Source: an uncultured Acidobacteriaceae bacterium (lineage in GTDB: Bacteria > Acidobacteriota > Terriglobia > Terriglobales > Acidobacteriaceae). From it: a stretch of DNA of 64,000 nucleotides. The first letter of the stretch is position 1. Each line of letters starts with the position of its first letter. The stretch spans positions 2,278-66,277 of the forward strand of contig CAWJBE010000002.1 of the NCBI GenBank assembly GCA_963841095.1, in the 5' to 3' direction. The notes under the pieces were generated by a model, which saw nothing but the letters and a program-made list of their open reading frames with translations, made no database searches and had not been told where the DNA came from. Both the position numbers and the translations under genes were made by a program. Below, in pieces: positions 40,577-50,659 of this stretch.

Positions 40577-41935
40577 GTGCAGGAAATTGCTCCACTTCCG
40601 GTTGTTCGAGGGCAGGAGAAGGCCCCTTCCATCTCCGCCGACCAGAAGCGTGCCCTGGTCCAAAGAGTCGTCTCCAGCCAGGGGTTTTGTCGCGCTCCGG
40701 CCATGTGCGCCTTCCTTCTCTACATCACGGACCACGCCATCTCGGGTCAGGCCGAGAAGCTCAAGGAGCAGGCGATCGGCGCGGAGGTGCTGGGACGCAA
40801 GCCTAATTACGATCCCGCTGACGACAACATTGTCCGCGTTCGCGCTCATGAGCTCAGAGGCCGGCTCGAGAAATACTTCTCCACTGAAGGCATTGAAGAG
40901 CCGGTCATCATCACCATCCCGCGGGGTGCCTATGCTCCCGAGTTCGTGTTCCGGGAAACCGTTCCCTCTGGCGCCCCGGTTGCTTCCAGAGTCGCAGAAA
41001 TCGCGCCCAAAGCAGCAGTTGAGGAGCGGCCAAAACTGTCGCGCTGGTTCGTCTACGCCGCAATTCTCCTCGTCGCTGTTGCGGCGTCAATCTTTCTCAC
41101 CAGGGTTGTCGTATTAAGAAGCGAAAACCGAGCCGTCGCTGCCGGGCCCGGCGGCGCAGTTCAAGACTTCTGGGGACAGTTCTTCGCCAGGCCGAATGAA
41201 GAGCTCAAAGTAATCTATTCTGATCCGAGTTTTGCTTTGTGGCAGGACCTCAGCGGCAAGAGCCTGAACCTCGGCGAGTATCTCAATCACAAATATCTGA
41301 ACGTCAGCAACGACAAGTTCTTCAACGTTGCGGCGCGCCTTGTTACCGCCCCTGCCGATCTTGCAATCAGCACGCACATCGGAACGTTGGCGGGAGAATT
41401 CGGCGGTCAGGTCAGCCCGCGCTTTGCTCGAAATACCAGCGCCGAGGTTCTCCGATATGGCGATGCTGTCCTTATCGGCAGCCACCGCTCCAATCCCTGG
41501 GTGGAGATCTATGAGCCGGGTTTGAACTTCGAATTGGCGCAGGACCCGCACTCCGGAGCTCCCGCCTTCCAGAACCGCTCCCCGCGCCCGGGCGAGGCCA
41601 AAATTTACAGCATTCCCGCCATGTTCGATACCCAGCGCACCGAGGAAAAAGAATTCACGAGCTATGGGGTCATCGCGCTCCTCAAGGGTTGCGGTGACCG
41701 CGGCCTCACCGTGATTTTGGAAGGGTTGAACATGCAGGCCACCCAGGCAGTCGGGGATCTGGTCACCGATCCGCAGCGCCTTGATACCCTTCTCAAGAGC
41801 ATCGGTCATAAACCCGGCACTACCGTGGCGCCATTTGAGGCTCTTATTCAAATCAATTCTTTGCCCGCCGAGTATGACAACCCCAGGGTCGTAGCCTATC
41901 GTCTTCGCGATTCCGAACCCTGCGTCGGCAATTGA
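40577..41935 (+). CDS. Putative membrane-anchored one-component transcriptional regulator
   Basis: N-terminal LKEQAIGAEVLGRKPNYDPADDNIVRV....LRGRLEKYF...IPRGAYAP wHTH-like domain, single TM helix, extracytoplasmic C-terminal domain; divergent from the TBDR. Confidence 0.65.
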   Translation: MQEIAPLPVVRGQEKAPSISADQKRALVQRVVSSQGFCRAPAMCAFLLYITDHAISGQAEKLKEQAIGAEVLGRKPNYDPADDNIVRVRAHELRGRLEKYFSTEGIEEPVIITIPRGAYAPEFVFRETVPSGAPVASRVAEIAPKAAVEERPKLSRWFVYAAILLVAVAASIFLTRVVVLRSENRAVAAGPGGAVQDFWGQFFARPNEELKVIYSDPSFALWQDLSGKSLNLGEYLNHKYLNVSNDKFFNVAARLVTAPADLAISTHIGTLAGEFGGQVSPRFARNTSAEVLRYGDAVLIGSHRSNPWVEIYEPGLNFELAQDPHSGAPAFQNRSPRPGEAKIYSIPAMFDTQRTEEKEFTSYGVIALLKGCGDRGLTVILEGLNMQATQAVGDLVTDPQRLDTLLKSIGHKPGTTVAPFEALIQINSLPAEYDNPRVVAYRLRDSEPCVGN

Positions 41936-42076
41936 CGCCGATCTCTGCCCGCGCCTTCGATACACTCCACTCTTCGCCGAAATTTCCGTGCCACTCTGAA
42001 AATGAGGGTCTATCATCACCTCCAGCGGAGAAATCCGCTCTAATTCCTTTTCTAAATGAGGCAATAGCCCGCCCGC

Positions 42077-45019
42077 ATGAAGCAGAATCGTAGAACCTTC
42101 CTTCGCAATACAGCCTTGGCCGGAGGAGCAGTCACCCTCCGGAATGTCGCCGCTAGCACACCGCTTCCCTCACCATCCGGATTCGCTTCGGCAACCGCGC
42201 AAGCCCCAAGCGCCACCGGCTCCTCGGTTCGCGAGCAATTTCAATCGCCGCCGAAGAAGTACCGGCCCATCGCGCGGTGGTGGTGGCCTGGCAACGACGT
42301 CACTGACGCAGAACTGCGTCGCGAAGTCGACGTGCTCGACAAAGCGGGCTTTGGCGGCGCCGAAATCCAGGCCTTCAACAAGGGACTGCCGGCTAAATAC
42401 GTTTCTCCGGCGGAGCTCCAGCGGATCAATAGTTTCGCTACTCCATCTTTTTTCCGCCACGTTGCGGTCGCGGTGGAAGAGGCCCGTAATCGCGGCTTGT
42501 TCATCGACTACACCTTTGGCTCCGGTTGGCCCTTCGGAGGTGGCGACGCCATTACGCCGGAACTCACTACGATCGAATTGCGCTCAACGCATCTCTCCGT
42601 TGCCGGCCCCGCCACGCTCCATCAGAAGCTGCAAATCCCCTCAGTTACCGACGGCGACCCGCTCACTGGCTCTGACATCCTGAAGGGATTGCCCGATGGC
42701 TGGGCAGACCGCGTCAAGCAGCGCACGAAAGTCGTTGCTGTAGTGGCAGTGCGCGGCGAAGATGCGGAGTGGGACTTCCACGCCCTAGGTGGACCGAGAC
42801 AAACCGTCGTCAAGCCAGGCCAATTGCAAAGAGATTCATCGGTCGATCTCACTGCGCGCCTTCAGCCTGACGGCATATTGCAATGGGACGTTCCCGACGG
42901 AACCTGGCAGCTCTTCGTCTTTTGCTCCGTACCGAGGATGCAGAGAGTAAACGGAGCCGCAGGTGAAGGTCCCCAGCTTGTAATGGACCATCTGAGCACC
43001 GCGGCCTTCGCAGCCCACGCCAAACGCGTTGGCGACGACGCGGTTCCGTACATCGGCAAATTCTTCGGCAACGGATTGCGTGCAATCTTCTGTGACAGCC
43101 TTGAAGTGGCCGCGAATCTCTTCTGGAGTGATGATTTTCTTGCTGAATTCCGGCGCCGCCGCGGTTATTCTCTGCTCCCCTATCTTCCCATCATCCAGAT
43201 GCAGGGCCACGCGGAGCCCTTCGGAAAATTTGCCGATCTCCCCGTCTTCGAAATCGCGGAGGTAGGCGATCAGGTCCGCCACGACTATCGTCAAACCGTC
43301 TCTGACCTGATGATCGAGCGGTTTTACAGTCAGTTCAACAAATGGGCCCACGATCACAACCTGCTCTCCCGCACTCAGGCACACGGTTCTCCTGCCGACG
43401 TACTGCGAGTCTACGGAGAGGCCGACATCCCCGAAACCGAAGACCTCTACGACAATGGCTGCTACGACTTTCTCAAGATGGCCGCTTCGTCCGCGCACGT
43501 CTACGGCCGCGCCATCGTTGGCAGCGAATCATTTGTCTGGCCAACCGGCGCCTATCAAACAACGCCCGAGAAAGTGAAGCTCGCGGCCGACGAACTGCTG
43601 ACCGCCGGCGTCAACGCCATCGTCTATCACGGCTTTCCCTACATCGTTCCTGAGGTTCCTCCGCCCGGCTGGCACCCGTTCAACGGGATATGGCGAGGGC
43701 AACTACTCCTCGCAGTTCAATGAGCTCAATCCCTTCTGGCCCTACTTTGCCGCAGCTCAACAGCTACATCACGCGAGTGCAGTACATCTCGCAAGTTGGA
43801 ACAAATGTCGCCGCGGTCGCGCTCTATCGGAACGACCTCTCCACGGCGCTGACCGATGTGCCGCCTTCGCCAAAGTTGAACCAGGCCATCATGGATGCCG
43901 GTTACAACTACGATCACATCAATGCCGATTCACTCCTGCACTGTACCGTCCGCGAACAGATGTTGGTCACAACCGGCGGAGCGCACTACCGCGCTTTTGT
44001 TTTGCCTCCACTCGACGCCATCGGCGCGGCAGTGGCTGAAAAGCTTCAGGGCTTCGCCGCCGCCGGGCTTCCCGATTCTCTTTGCCGGCCAGGCCCCATC
44101 GCAAACCGACAGCCTCTCCGGAGAACTCCGACGCAACGCAAAGCGTGCAGACTGCGATGCGCAACCTTCACGACCACCGCAACGTCTGCTTCTGCACCAG
44201 CACCAGCGATGCAATCTCGAAACTCGGTGGCCTGGCGAATCCGAATATCAGGTTCCACAGCGAAACCTCTTTCCTTCATCCAGAAACAGATTGGCCGCTT
44301 GACCATGTACTTCCTCCGCAACGATTCGGATGCATCGCAACACCTCAATGCCGAGTTCGAAGCGGAGGGCATGCCTGAGCTTTGGGATCCGTGGACCGGC
44401 GAGATCGCATCCATCGCCGCCTCCCGCCGCAACGGCAATTGGGTTAAGCTCGAGCTCGATCTCCAGCCGCTTGCTTCCGCCTTGATCGTCTTCGATCCCG
44501 ATAGCAGCGCCGCTTCTGCGCCGGCCATCCAACCCATCCGAAAGTTAAAACGCGCGGAGCCCATCGGCACCGGCGGCTGGAGACTCACTGCTACCGGCCT
44601 CGTACCGACCGGAAAAACGGCCACGATCCAGTCGTGATTTGCCGGTGTTGATTGACTGGTCGCTCGACAGCGAACTCCGCGGTTTGTCAGGATGCGGCAC
44701 TTACACAACCACATTTACAGCTTCCGCAGCGGATGCCGGAAGTCGGCTCGTTCTCGATCTCGGCAACGTGAAAGATGTTGCCGAGGTTACGGTTAATGGC
44801 AAGCACGCCGCCTCGCTGCTCCTGCGCCCATACCAGGCCGACATCACCGATTTCGTTCGTCCGGGAGAAAATCAGTTGGAGGTCGCAGTCACAAACTGCC
44901 TCTTCAACAGCCTGGTCCTTCGCGATCCGCAGCCCTTTCACCCCGGTCCGACGGAGAATCCTTCCGGATTCACGTCCGCCGGCCTCATCGGTCCGGTCCA
45001 GATCAAGGAGATGGTCTGA
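42077..45019 (+). CDS. Tat-exported GH106-like (alpha-L-rhamnosidase-type) glycoside hydrolase with about six single-base frameshifts (43688-44635)
   Basis: NRRTFL Tat motif; RPIARWWWPG, GFGGAEI, DYTFGSGWPFGG, FCDSLE, PETE, GSESF, LDLGNV; fragments rejoin when single bases are removed. Confidence 0.78.
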
Positions 45020-45148
45020 ATTGCCGTTGCTGAACCGCCGGCCGCGCTCGAGCATGCGCGGACGCCTACCATTTTCAAGGCTTTATTCTTGTCCTCTCGT
45101 GCCGCAGCCGTTGAACTTATCTCGGAACAGGATTATAATGTTAACTGC

Positions 45149-45415
45149 ATGATTCCCAGCAACTTACAGGCTCTTTTCTGGGACACGAACCTCGACGCCT
45201 TCGCGCCGGAGGCCCATCCCGACTACACCATCTTCCGGGTGCTGGAGTTGGGCGACGAGGCAGCGGTGAGCTGGCTGCGGCAGACATTTGCCGAGTCGGA
45301 GATATGCCGCGTGCTCAAGAGCGAACGCCGCCTTTCCGAGAAATCTGCCAATTTCTGGGCACTCGTGTACAAGGTTCCGCCACGCGAAGTTGCGGCCCTG
45401 AGCCGCATCTGCTAA
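45149..45415 (+). CDS. DUF6922-like protein, putative antitoxin
   Basis: LFWDTN...IFRVLELGD...W...F motif; directly upstream of the AbiEii-like gene. Confidence 0.7.
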   Translation: MIPSNLQALFWDTNLDAFAPEAHPDYTIFRVLELGDEAAVSWLRQTFAESEICRVLKSERRLSEKSANFWALVYKVPPREVAALSRIC

Positions 45416-45438
45416 CCGCGCAGCCGAAGGAAACCGCC

Positions 45439-46077
45439 ATGACCGATCATGAGAATGGGGCGTGGCACCACGAGGTAATTCCTGCCTCAACCGAAACAAC
45501 CCTGTTTGCTCTGCGGGATGCAAACCTGTTGAACAACGCCTACCTCGCCGGCGGGACGGGGCTTGCGCTCCGGTTTGGACACCGGCTTTCCCTGGATCTG
45601 GACTTCTTTTTGCCCGAACAATTCGATGAAGATGCGCTGCTCCAACAGCTGCATAAGCTCAAAACGTTCTCCCTACTTGCAAAGGCCCCGTACACTCTCC
45701 ACGCGACTATCGAGAATACAAAAGTGAGTTTTCTCGGCTATACCTATCCGGTTCTCTACCCATCAACGCCGCTTCTCGGTGTCGCAATCGCTGATCCGCG
45801 CGATATTGCTTGCATGAAAATCAGCGCCATTGCGAGCCGTGGCACCAGGCGCGATTTCGTTGACCTCTACGTTTGCGCAAATCGATTTGGCCTTAATGAA
45901 ATTCTCAGAATGTTTGAAATCAAGTACGCTCAGATGCAATTCAGCAAACCTCACATCCTCAAGTCCCTTTCCTTCTTTGCAGACGCGGAAAAAGACCCCA
46001 TGCCTCATATGCTTGAAGAAATCGGTTGGGACAAGGTGAAGCAGTTCTTCCTCTACGAAGTTCCGCGACTCATCTGA
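45439..46077 (+). CDS. Nucleotidyltransferase AbiEii/AbiGii-family toxin
   Basis: YLAGGTGLAL.FGHRLSLDLDF, MKISAI..RG..RDFVDLY. Confidence 0.88.
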   Translation: MTDHENGAWHHEVIPASTETTLFALRDANLLNNAYLAGGTGLALRFGHRLSLDLDFFLPEQFDEDALLQQLHKLKTFSLLAKAPYTLHATIENTKVSFLGYTYPVLYPSTPLLGVAIADPRDIACMKISAIASRGTRRDFVDLYVCANRFGLNEILRMFEIKYAQMQFSKPHILKSLSFFADAEKDPMPHMLEEIGWDKVKQFFLYEVPRLI

Positions 46078-46193
46078 TCGGAACACTCCGGATCGAAAGG
46101 CGGATTTTCGGAATGCCCCGACCCGGCTCCGCTCAGGCAGGATCCATGCGCGGCCCTGCGTGATTTGAGCGCCGCGATCTGAATCGAGCAACC

Positions 46194-48944
46194 TTACTTC
46201 ACCGTCAGCTGCGCCGTTACCGAATGAGTCAGCGATCCCGAAGCCGCCGTCACGGTGAACGAAAAGTTCTGCGATCCAAATCCCGCCTTGCCGCAGCCCG
46301 TGAATCCCACTGCCAATGCCGCGCTGATTGCTGCCAGCACCACCAGTTTCGTCAGGCGAGCGCGTCCTTTGCGCAGCCTGCCAGCAAACGGCAGCAGGAT
46401 CAGCCCCAACGCCACCGGCAGCGCACCTCCGCCAAACGGGCTGCGCGGCCGTTCCAGCGTCGCGCTGGCCGGCAACTTCATCTGCAGCGTCACTGTGGTC
46501 GTTCCGGAACTTGCCGCGATCGTCGCCGGTGAAAAACTCGCCGTCGATCCCAGCGGAGTCGCCGTCGCGCTCAGATTTACGCTTGCCGGCAGCGTCGTCC
46601 CGCCCACCGGAGTAATCACCAGCGTATAGGCCGCTTGTCCGCCGGCCGCCACGGTTGCCGAGCTCGACGCTGCACTTGCAAATGCCAGCGTAAAGTCCTG
46701 CACCGTCTCCGTCATCGCGCCGCTCGTCCCCGGCCCATAATTGCTGTCGCCGGAGTAGGCCGCTGTAATCGAGTGAATTCCCGCCGCCAGCGCCGTCGTG
46801 GTGAATGTGCCCGACCCGCCCGCAACCGTAGCCGTACCGATCTGCGTTGTTCCGTCGTAGAAAGTCATGGTGCCCGTTTGGGTCGAAGCATAAGAAGGCA
46901 GGCTCGCCGTGAACGACACCGCGTAGGTCATGAATACAGGATTGGCAGAAGTTGTCAGCGTCACCACCGGAGTGCCGGGAATCACTTGCAGGGTTACGGT
47001 CGCTGTCGACGTTGTGTAATCGGTGCTATCGGTCGGTGTGAACGTCGCCTGCAGCGTTTGTGGTCCCACGTTCAGAACGGTTCCCGCTGCCGGCGAATAT
47101 GTGAAGCTTCCCGCCACCGGCGAGCTGGCGTCCAGTTGGATCGCACTCAACGCAGTCCCGTACACGATCGGCAGCGGCGTCGCCCATGTAATGACAGGCG
47201 CCTGCTGGTAGACCACGTTATCCGATGCCGTTACGTTCGTTGAAAACGACACGCTGGAAACCGTTGCAGTCAGTTTTCCGGCATAACTCGCCAAAGTTGT
47301 GTAGGTCCCCACGCTCAGCGTCAGCGTTACGGAATCGGTAGTGCTCGACGGCAGGCTGCTGTTGCGCGTGCACGTTGCAGTGCTCGCCGTGCAAACCCAT
47401 CCGCCGGTCGAGTCGTTCATCGCTGTCACCGTCACGAGCGGCGGCAGCGTGAAGGTCAAAATCGCGGAGCTGTCCGTCTGAGTCGTCGTGCTGGTGTTGG
47501 TTACACTCACCGTCACCTGGTCGGTCGTGTCGCCCGACTTCACAACCAGCGGGCTCGGATTCAACGCGATCGAAAGTGTCGGTACCACCACCGGCTGCAC
47601 AAACGTCGACAGATCGAAGAGCGCGTATTCCAGCATCTTCTCCTGCGCGCTCATCGCATACGAGGGAGCGGTGTAGCTGGGGCACTCCTTGGGGTAAATG
47701 TTATTGGTATTGTTCACGCTGACGTTGATCACGTGATAGTCGTTGAACATCACGCGTCCGCACTGGTTAGCCGCCGGAGCACCCACTGGCGTGTTGAAGG
47801 TCATCTGCATTACGGGGTTGCCCGTTTGGCCGTTGTACGCGCCGCTGTTCAGTGTCACCCAGGACTGCGTCGGCGGAATGACCGTGCCCACGTCGGTACG
47901 CAGCGTACCGATGTTAATCTGGTTCGCTGTACCCGCCACGGTTGCGCCAGAGTTCTCTAGCCATTGCGCCAGCGTCGCCCCGTCGCTGAAGTTTGTGGCC
48001 ACCGTTCCGACCCCTGTGTTGCTCTGCGCCTCCGCAGTTGTCGTCCAATTCGCCACCGCTGGAAACTGTGCATTCATCGGCGCGTTGGGATCGATATACA
48101 CATAGCTGTAGTGCGTCGTGAAGAGGCGTCCACCCGCGTTCGCGTAATTCAGAATGTCCTGCAAAGCCGTGCTCGATTGATCATATTGCCCGCCCTGGCA
48201 TGGGAACATCACCATGTCGTAACCGCTCATGGCCGTTGCATTATTTGTCAGCGTCGACTCCAACGGAGTCGACGTACTGATCTCCGCTCCTCCCGATCCT
48301 GCACTTCCGTCGCCCCTGTAAAGATGGATATGCCCCGCGGGATTGACCGAGCCGGTATCGTCGGTAAATTCCGTATCGGCGATCCCCATATCGCGCAGCA
48401 CGCACTCCACGCCATCCACTGATCCCGTCACAATCGCGATCATCGGAATGTCGCCCTCCGTGTGGTCCGCAGGCATGTTCAGCGAAAGCCCCGTCAGCGG
48501 CGTTGTCGCCACCGCCTGATTCGGAAACTGTCTCCGCCACTTGCCCGCCTGGATCACGATCGTGTAGCTCGCATTCTCAGGAATATTGGCCAGCGTGAAC
48601 GTGCCGTCGGTTGCCGTATAGGCATAACTCACCACTCCGGTCGGCGCCTGGTACGTCAGGCATTGCACTTGGTTTGGGACCGGGAACGGCGCCACCGGCG
48701 CAGTCGTCGCATACACCAACACATTCGGCAGCGGCAGCCCGCTGGTCCCGCGCGGATCGTAGACTGTGCCGCTGATTGTGGTCGTTGCAGGAGTCTGCGC
48801 AATTGCAATACCGCACACGGCCGGCAGCAGCCACACCAGCGCCGCAATCGCGCTTATGCTTTGTTTCAAAAGGTTGCTGGTGGAGTCGGAATGCGATGCA
48901 GTAATGCGGAACCATGAAGTCATGGCGGTGGACCTTTTCCACAC
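46194..48944 (-). CDS. Secreted Ig-like repeat surface protein
   Basis: Signal peptide, prealbumin-like domain, Cys-containing core, Thr/Ser-rich Ig repeats (ITWATP.PI.YG, TFYDG, Y.GDSNY), hydrophobic tail with FTGC; start may be slightly downstream. Confidence 0.85.
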   Translation of the reverse strand: MWKRSTAMTSWFRITASHSDSTSNLLKQSISAIAALVWLLPAVCGIAIAQTPATTTISGTVYDPRGTSGLPLPNVLVYATTAPVAPFPVPNQVQCLTYQAPTGVVSYAYTATDGTFTLANIPENASYTIVIQAGKWRRQFPNQAVATTPLTGLSLNMPADHTEGDIPMIAIVTGSVDGVECVLRDMGIADTEFTDDTGSVNPAGHIHLYRGDGSAGSGGAEISTSTPLESTLTNNATAMSGYDMVMFPCQGGQYDQSSTALQDILNYANAGGRLFTTHYSYVYIDPNAPMNAQFPAVANWTTTAEAQSNTGVGTVATNFSDGATLAQWLENSGATVAGTANQINIGTLRTDVGTVIPPTQSWVTLNSGAYNGQTGNPVMQMTFNTPVGAPAANQCGRVMFNDYHVINVSVNNTNNIYPKECPSYTAPSYAMSAQEKMLEYALFDLSTFVQPVVVPTLSIALNPSPLVVKSGDTTDQVTVSVTNTSTTTQTDSSAILTFTLPPLVTVTAMNDSTGGWVCTASTATCTRNSSLPSSTTDSVTLTLSVGTYTTLASYAGKLTATVSSVSFSTNVTASDNVVYQQAPVITWATPLPIVYGTALSAIQLDASSPVAGSFTYSPAAGTVLNVGPQTLQATFTPTDSTDYTTSTATVTLQVIPGTPVVTLTTSANPVFMTYAVSFTASLPSYASTQTGTMTFYDGTTQIGTATVAGGSGTFTTTALAAGIHSITAAYSGDSNYGPGTSGAMTETVQDFTLAFASAASSSATVAAGGQAAYTLVITPVGGTTLPASVNLSATATPLGSTASFSPATIAASSGTTTVTLQMKLPASATLERPRSPFGGGALPVALGLILLPFAGRLRKGRARLTKLVVLAAISAALAVGFTGCGKAGFGSQNFSFTVTAASGSLTHSVTAQLTVK

Positions 48945-49204
48945 ACTTCTGTCTCATCCCTTGAAGGCTAACTCCGGCGCTGCCATTTTCCCCAGGTGCC
49001 GGTCGCAACGCAAGACCCCAAGGCGGCCAATCCTCAATCAGGCAATCTCAAAATCGCCCTTTGTCGAAGCAGAGACGTAAAAATGCGCTTCACAAATCTG
49101 GTACTCATCATACACATCAAAACGTGCCCGCAGTCGAAATAACCCGGCTTCTTCCAGCCTCGCTTTTCCGGCCCGCTACGCCTCTCCCATCCGTCCCATT
49201 GCAC

Positions 49205-49876
49205 TCATTCCGGTGCATCCGCTACCCACTTGGGAGCGAACTCATGCTTCGCTGCTTGTTCCTCGATCATCCGCCTCGCTTCTGCAACGTGGCGGCGCAT
49301 CAGCTTCTCCGCCTCGTCGGGTGTGTTCTGGTCAATCGCCTCAATAATCCGCAGATGTTCGTCATGCACATCGCGCGGGTCGCGCGACGCTCTCACCGCC
49401 ATCCCCAGCACGCGATACCCTTCCGCAAGCCGCAGCAGGACCTTGTTCCGCGAGAGATTCATAATCTTCAAATGAAACGCACGGTCGGCAGCGCCCATCT
49501 CTTCTTCTTTCTTCTCCTTCGACAGCTCCCAGATATGATCCGCTATCTTCCGCAGCGAAGCGACATCGGCGCGCGAAGCGTGTTCGCACGCAAGCCGCGC
49601 GGCCAGGCCCTCGAGAAACTCCCGCACCTGGTACGCCTCTGAAAGATGAGCCGCGTCCAGCTTCTGCACAAACACGCCCAGCCGGTCCACTGACTCCACC
49701 AGCCCAAGCCACTGCAACTCCAGCAGGGACTCCCTCACCGTTCCCTGGGCGACTCCCAGTTCCTTCGCCAGACTTTGTTGCGTAAGCCGTTCACCCGGCT
49801 GGCTCTCGCCACTTAGAATGCGGCGTTGAATCTCTTCTCGAACCTGGTGCCTTCCAACAGGCGCCTGCATCACCAT
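49205..49876 (-). CDS. GntR/FCD-family regulator (paralogue of 34904-35584)
   Basis: Shares long identical blocks such as VREEIQRRILSGES and RLAEGYRVLGMAVRASRDPR. Confidence 0.9.
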   Translation of the reverse strand: MVMQAPVGRHQVREEIQRRILSGESQPGERLTQQSLAKELGVAQGTVRESLLELQWLGLVESVDRLGVFVQKLDAAHLSEAYQVREFLEGLAARLACEHASRADVASLRKIADHIWELSKEKKEEEMGAADRAFHLKIMNLSRNKVLLRLAEGYRVLGMAVRASRDPRDVHDEHLRIIEAIDQNTPDEAEKLMRRHVAEARRMIEEQAAKHEFAPKWVADAPE

Positions 49877-49937
49877 AGCTTGCCAACCCTCCAGCGCATG
49901 GCACAGCTTCTTTCTATGCGCTCCACCTTTAACCTAG

Positions 49938-49955
49938 AATCTATCAGAATAGATT
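49938..49955. promoter_or_regulatory. Palindromic putative operator upstream of gntR
   Basis: AATCTAT-caga-ATAGATT perfect inverted repeat about 60 nt upstream of the start. Confidence 0.5.
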
Positions 49956-49984
49956 GTCGGCGAGAATCTTGCCAGTCAGATGCA

Positions 49985-50467
49985 TCACTTCCGCCTGTGT
50001 TCGCCCCACGCAAATGCGTTTTCAAAATGCGTGAACTCGTTCCGTTCACCGGGCACAAGATACACGCTGATCACGTCAAAACGCGACTGGGGAACGCCAT
50101 CATGGCTTAGTTGGCGCACGTACTGGCGGGCCAGCCGGCGCAGAATGCTGCGCTTGTGCGCATCAACCGCGGTTTCGGCCGGTGTCAAATCGTGCGCGGT
50201 CCGCGTCTTCACCTCGATGAAGCACAGCACTGGTCCCTGCCACGCAATCAGGTCCACGTCGCCGGGAACATTGCCGGCCGACCACCGCCGCGCCACCACC
50301 GTGTAGCCCTTGCGCAGCAGGTAGAAGTAAACGGCTTCCTCGCCTTCAATGCCTGTGGCTAAATGCGGCGGCAGTTTCTGAGCTCGGCCGCGTCGCGCCG
50401 CCACCACGTCCAGCCCTTTCACCACGCGTTCCAGCATTCCAACCCGCGTCCCCGCCGCAAATTTCAT
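49985..50467 (-). CDS. YraN-family protein
   Basis: GIEGEEA...L...GY.VVARRW, GDVDLIAW, FIEVKTR, SRFDV. Confidence 0.9.
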   Translation of the reverse strand: MKFAAGTRVGMLERVVKGLDVVAARRGRAQKLPPHLATGIEGEEAVYFYLLRKGYTVVARRWSAGNVPGDVDLIAWQGPVLCFIEVKTRTAHDLTPAETAVDAHKRSILRRLARQYVRQLSHDGVPQSRFDVISVYLVPGERNEFTHFENAFAWGEHRRK

Positions 50468-50659
50468 CGCCCACCATTGTCGGCCCTTCTGCGCGATCAA
50501 CGCAAATGCCGCGCCCACTCGAACGAATCTCGATGTCGTCCCAAAATGGTTCGCGCATGTCCCATTCTGAAACCGCATCTCGCCCTGCCTTCGCGCGGCC
50601 CTGATGTCCGCAGCCCCGTTGCCCGAAACTGAAACCATACCGTGAAGGAGAATCCAGCC

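Noticed and set aside
42077-45019. Several independent ORFs (548, 315 and 126 aa)
   Set aside because: They are consecutive pieces of one GH106-like gene separated by single-base indels.
46114-46123. Partial match to the tRNA-Pro 3' end (gccccgacc) as an att site
   Set aside because: Only about 9 nt match in GC-rich DNA, which is not distinguishable from chance.
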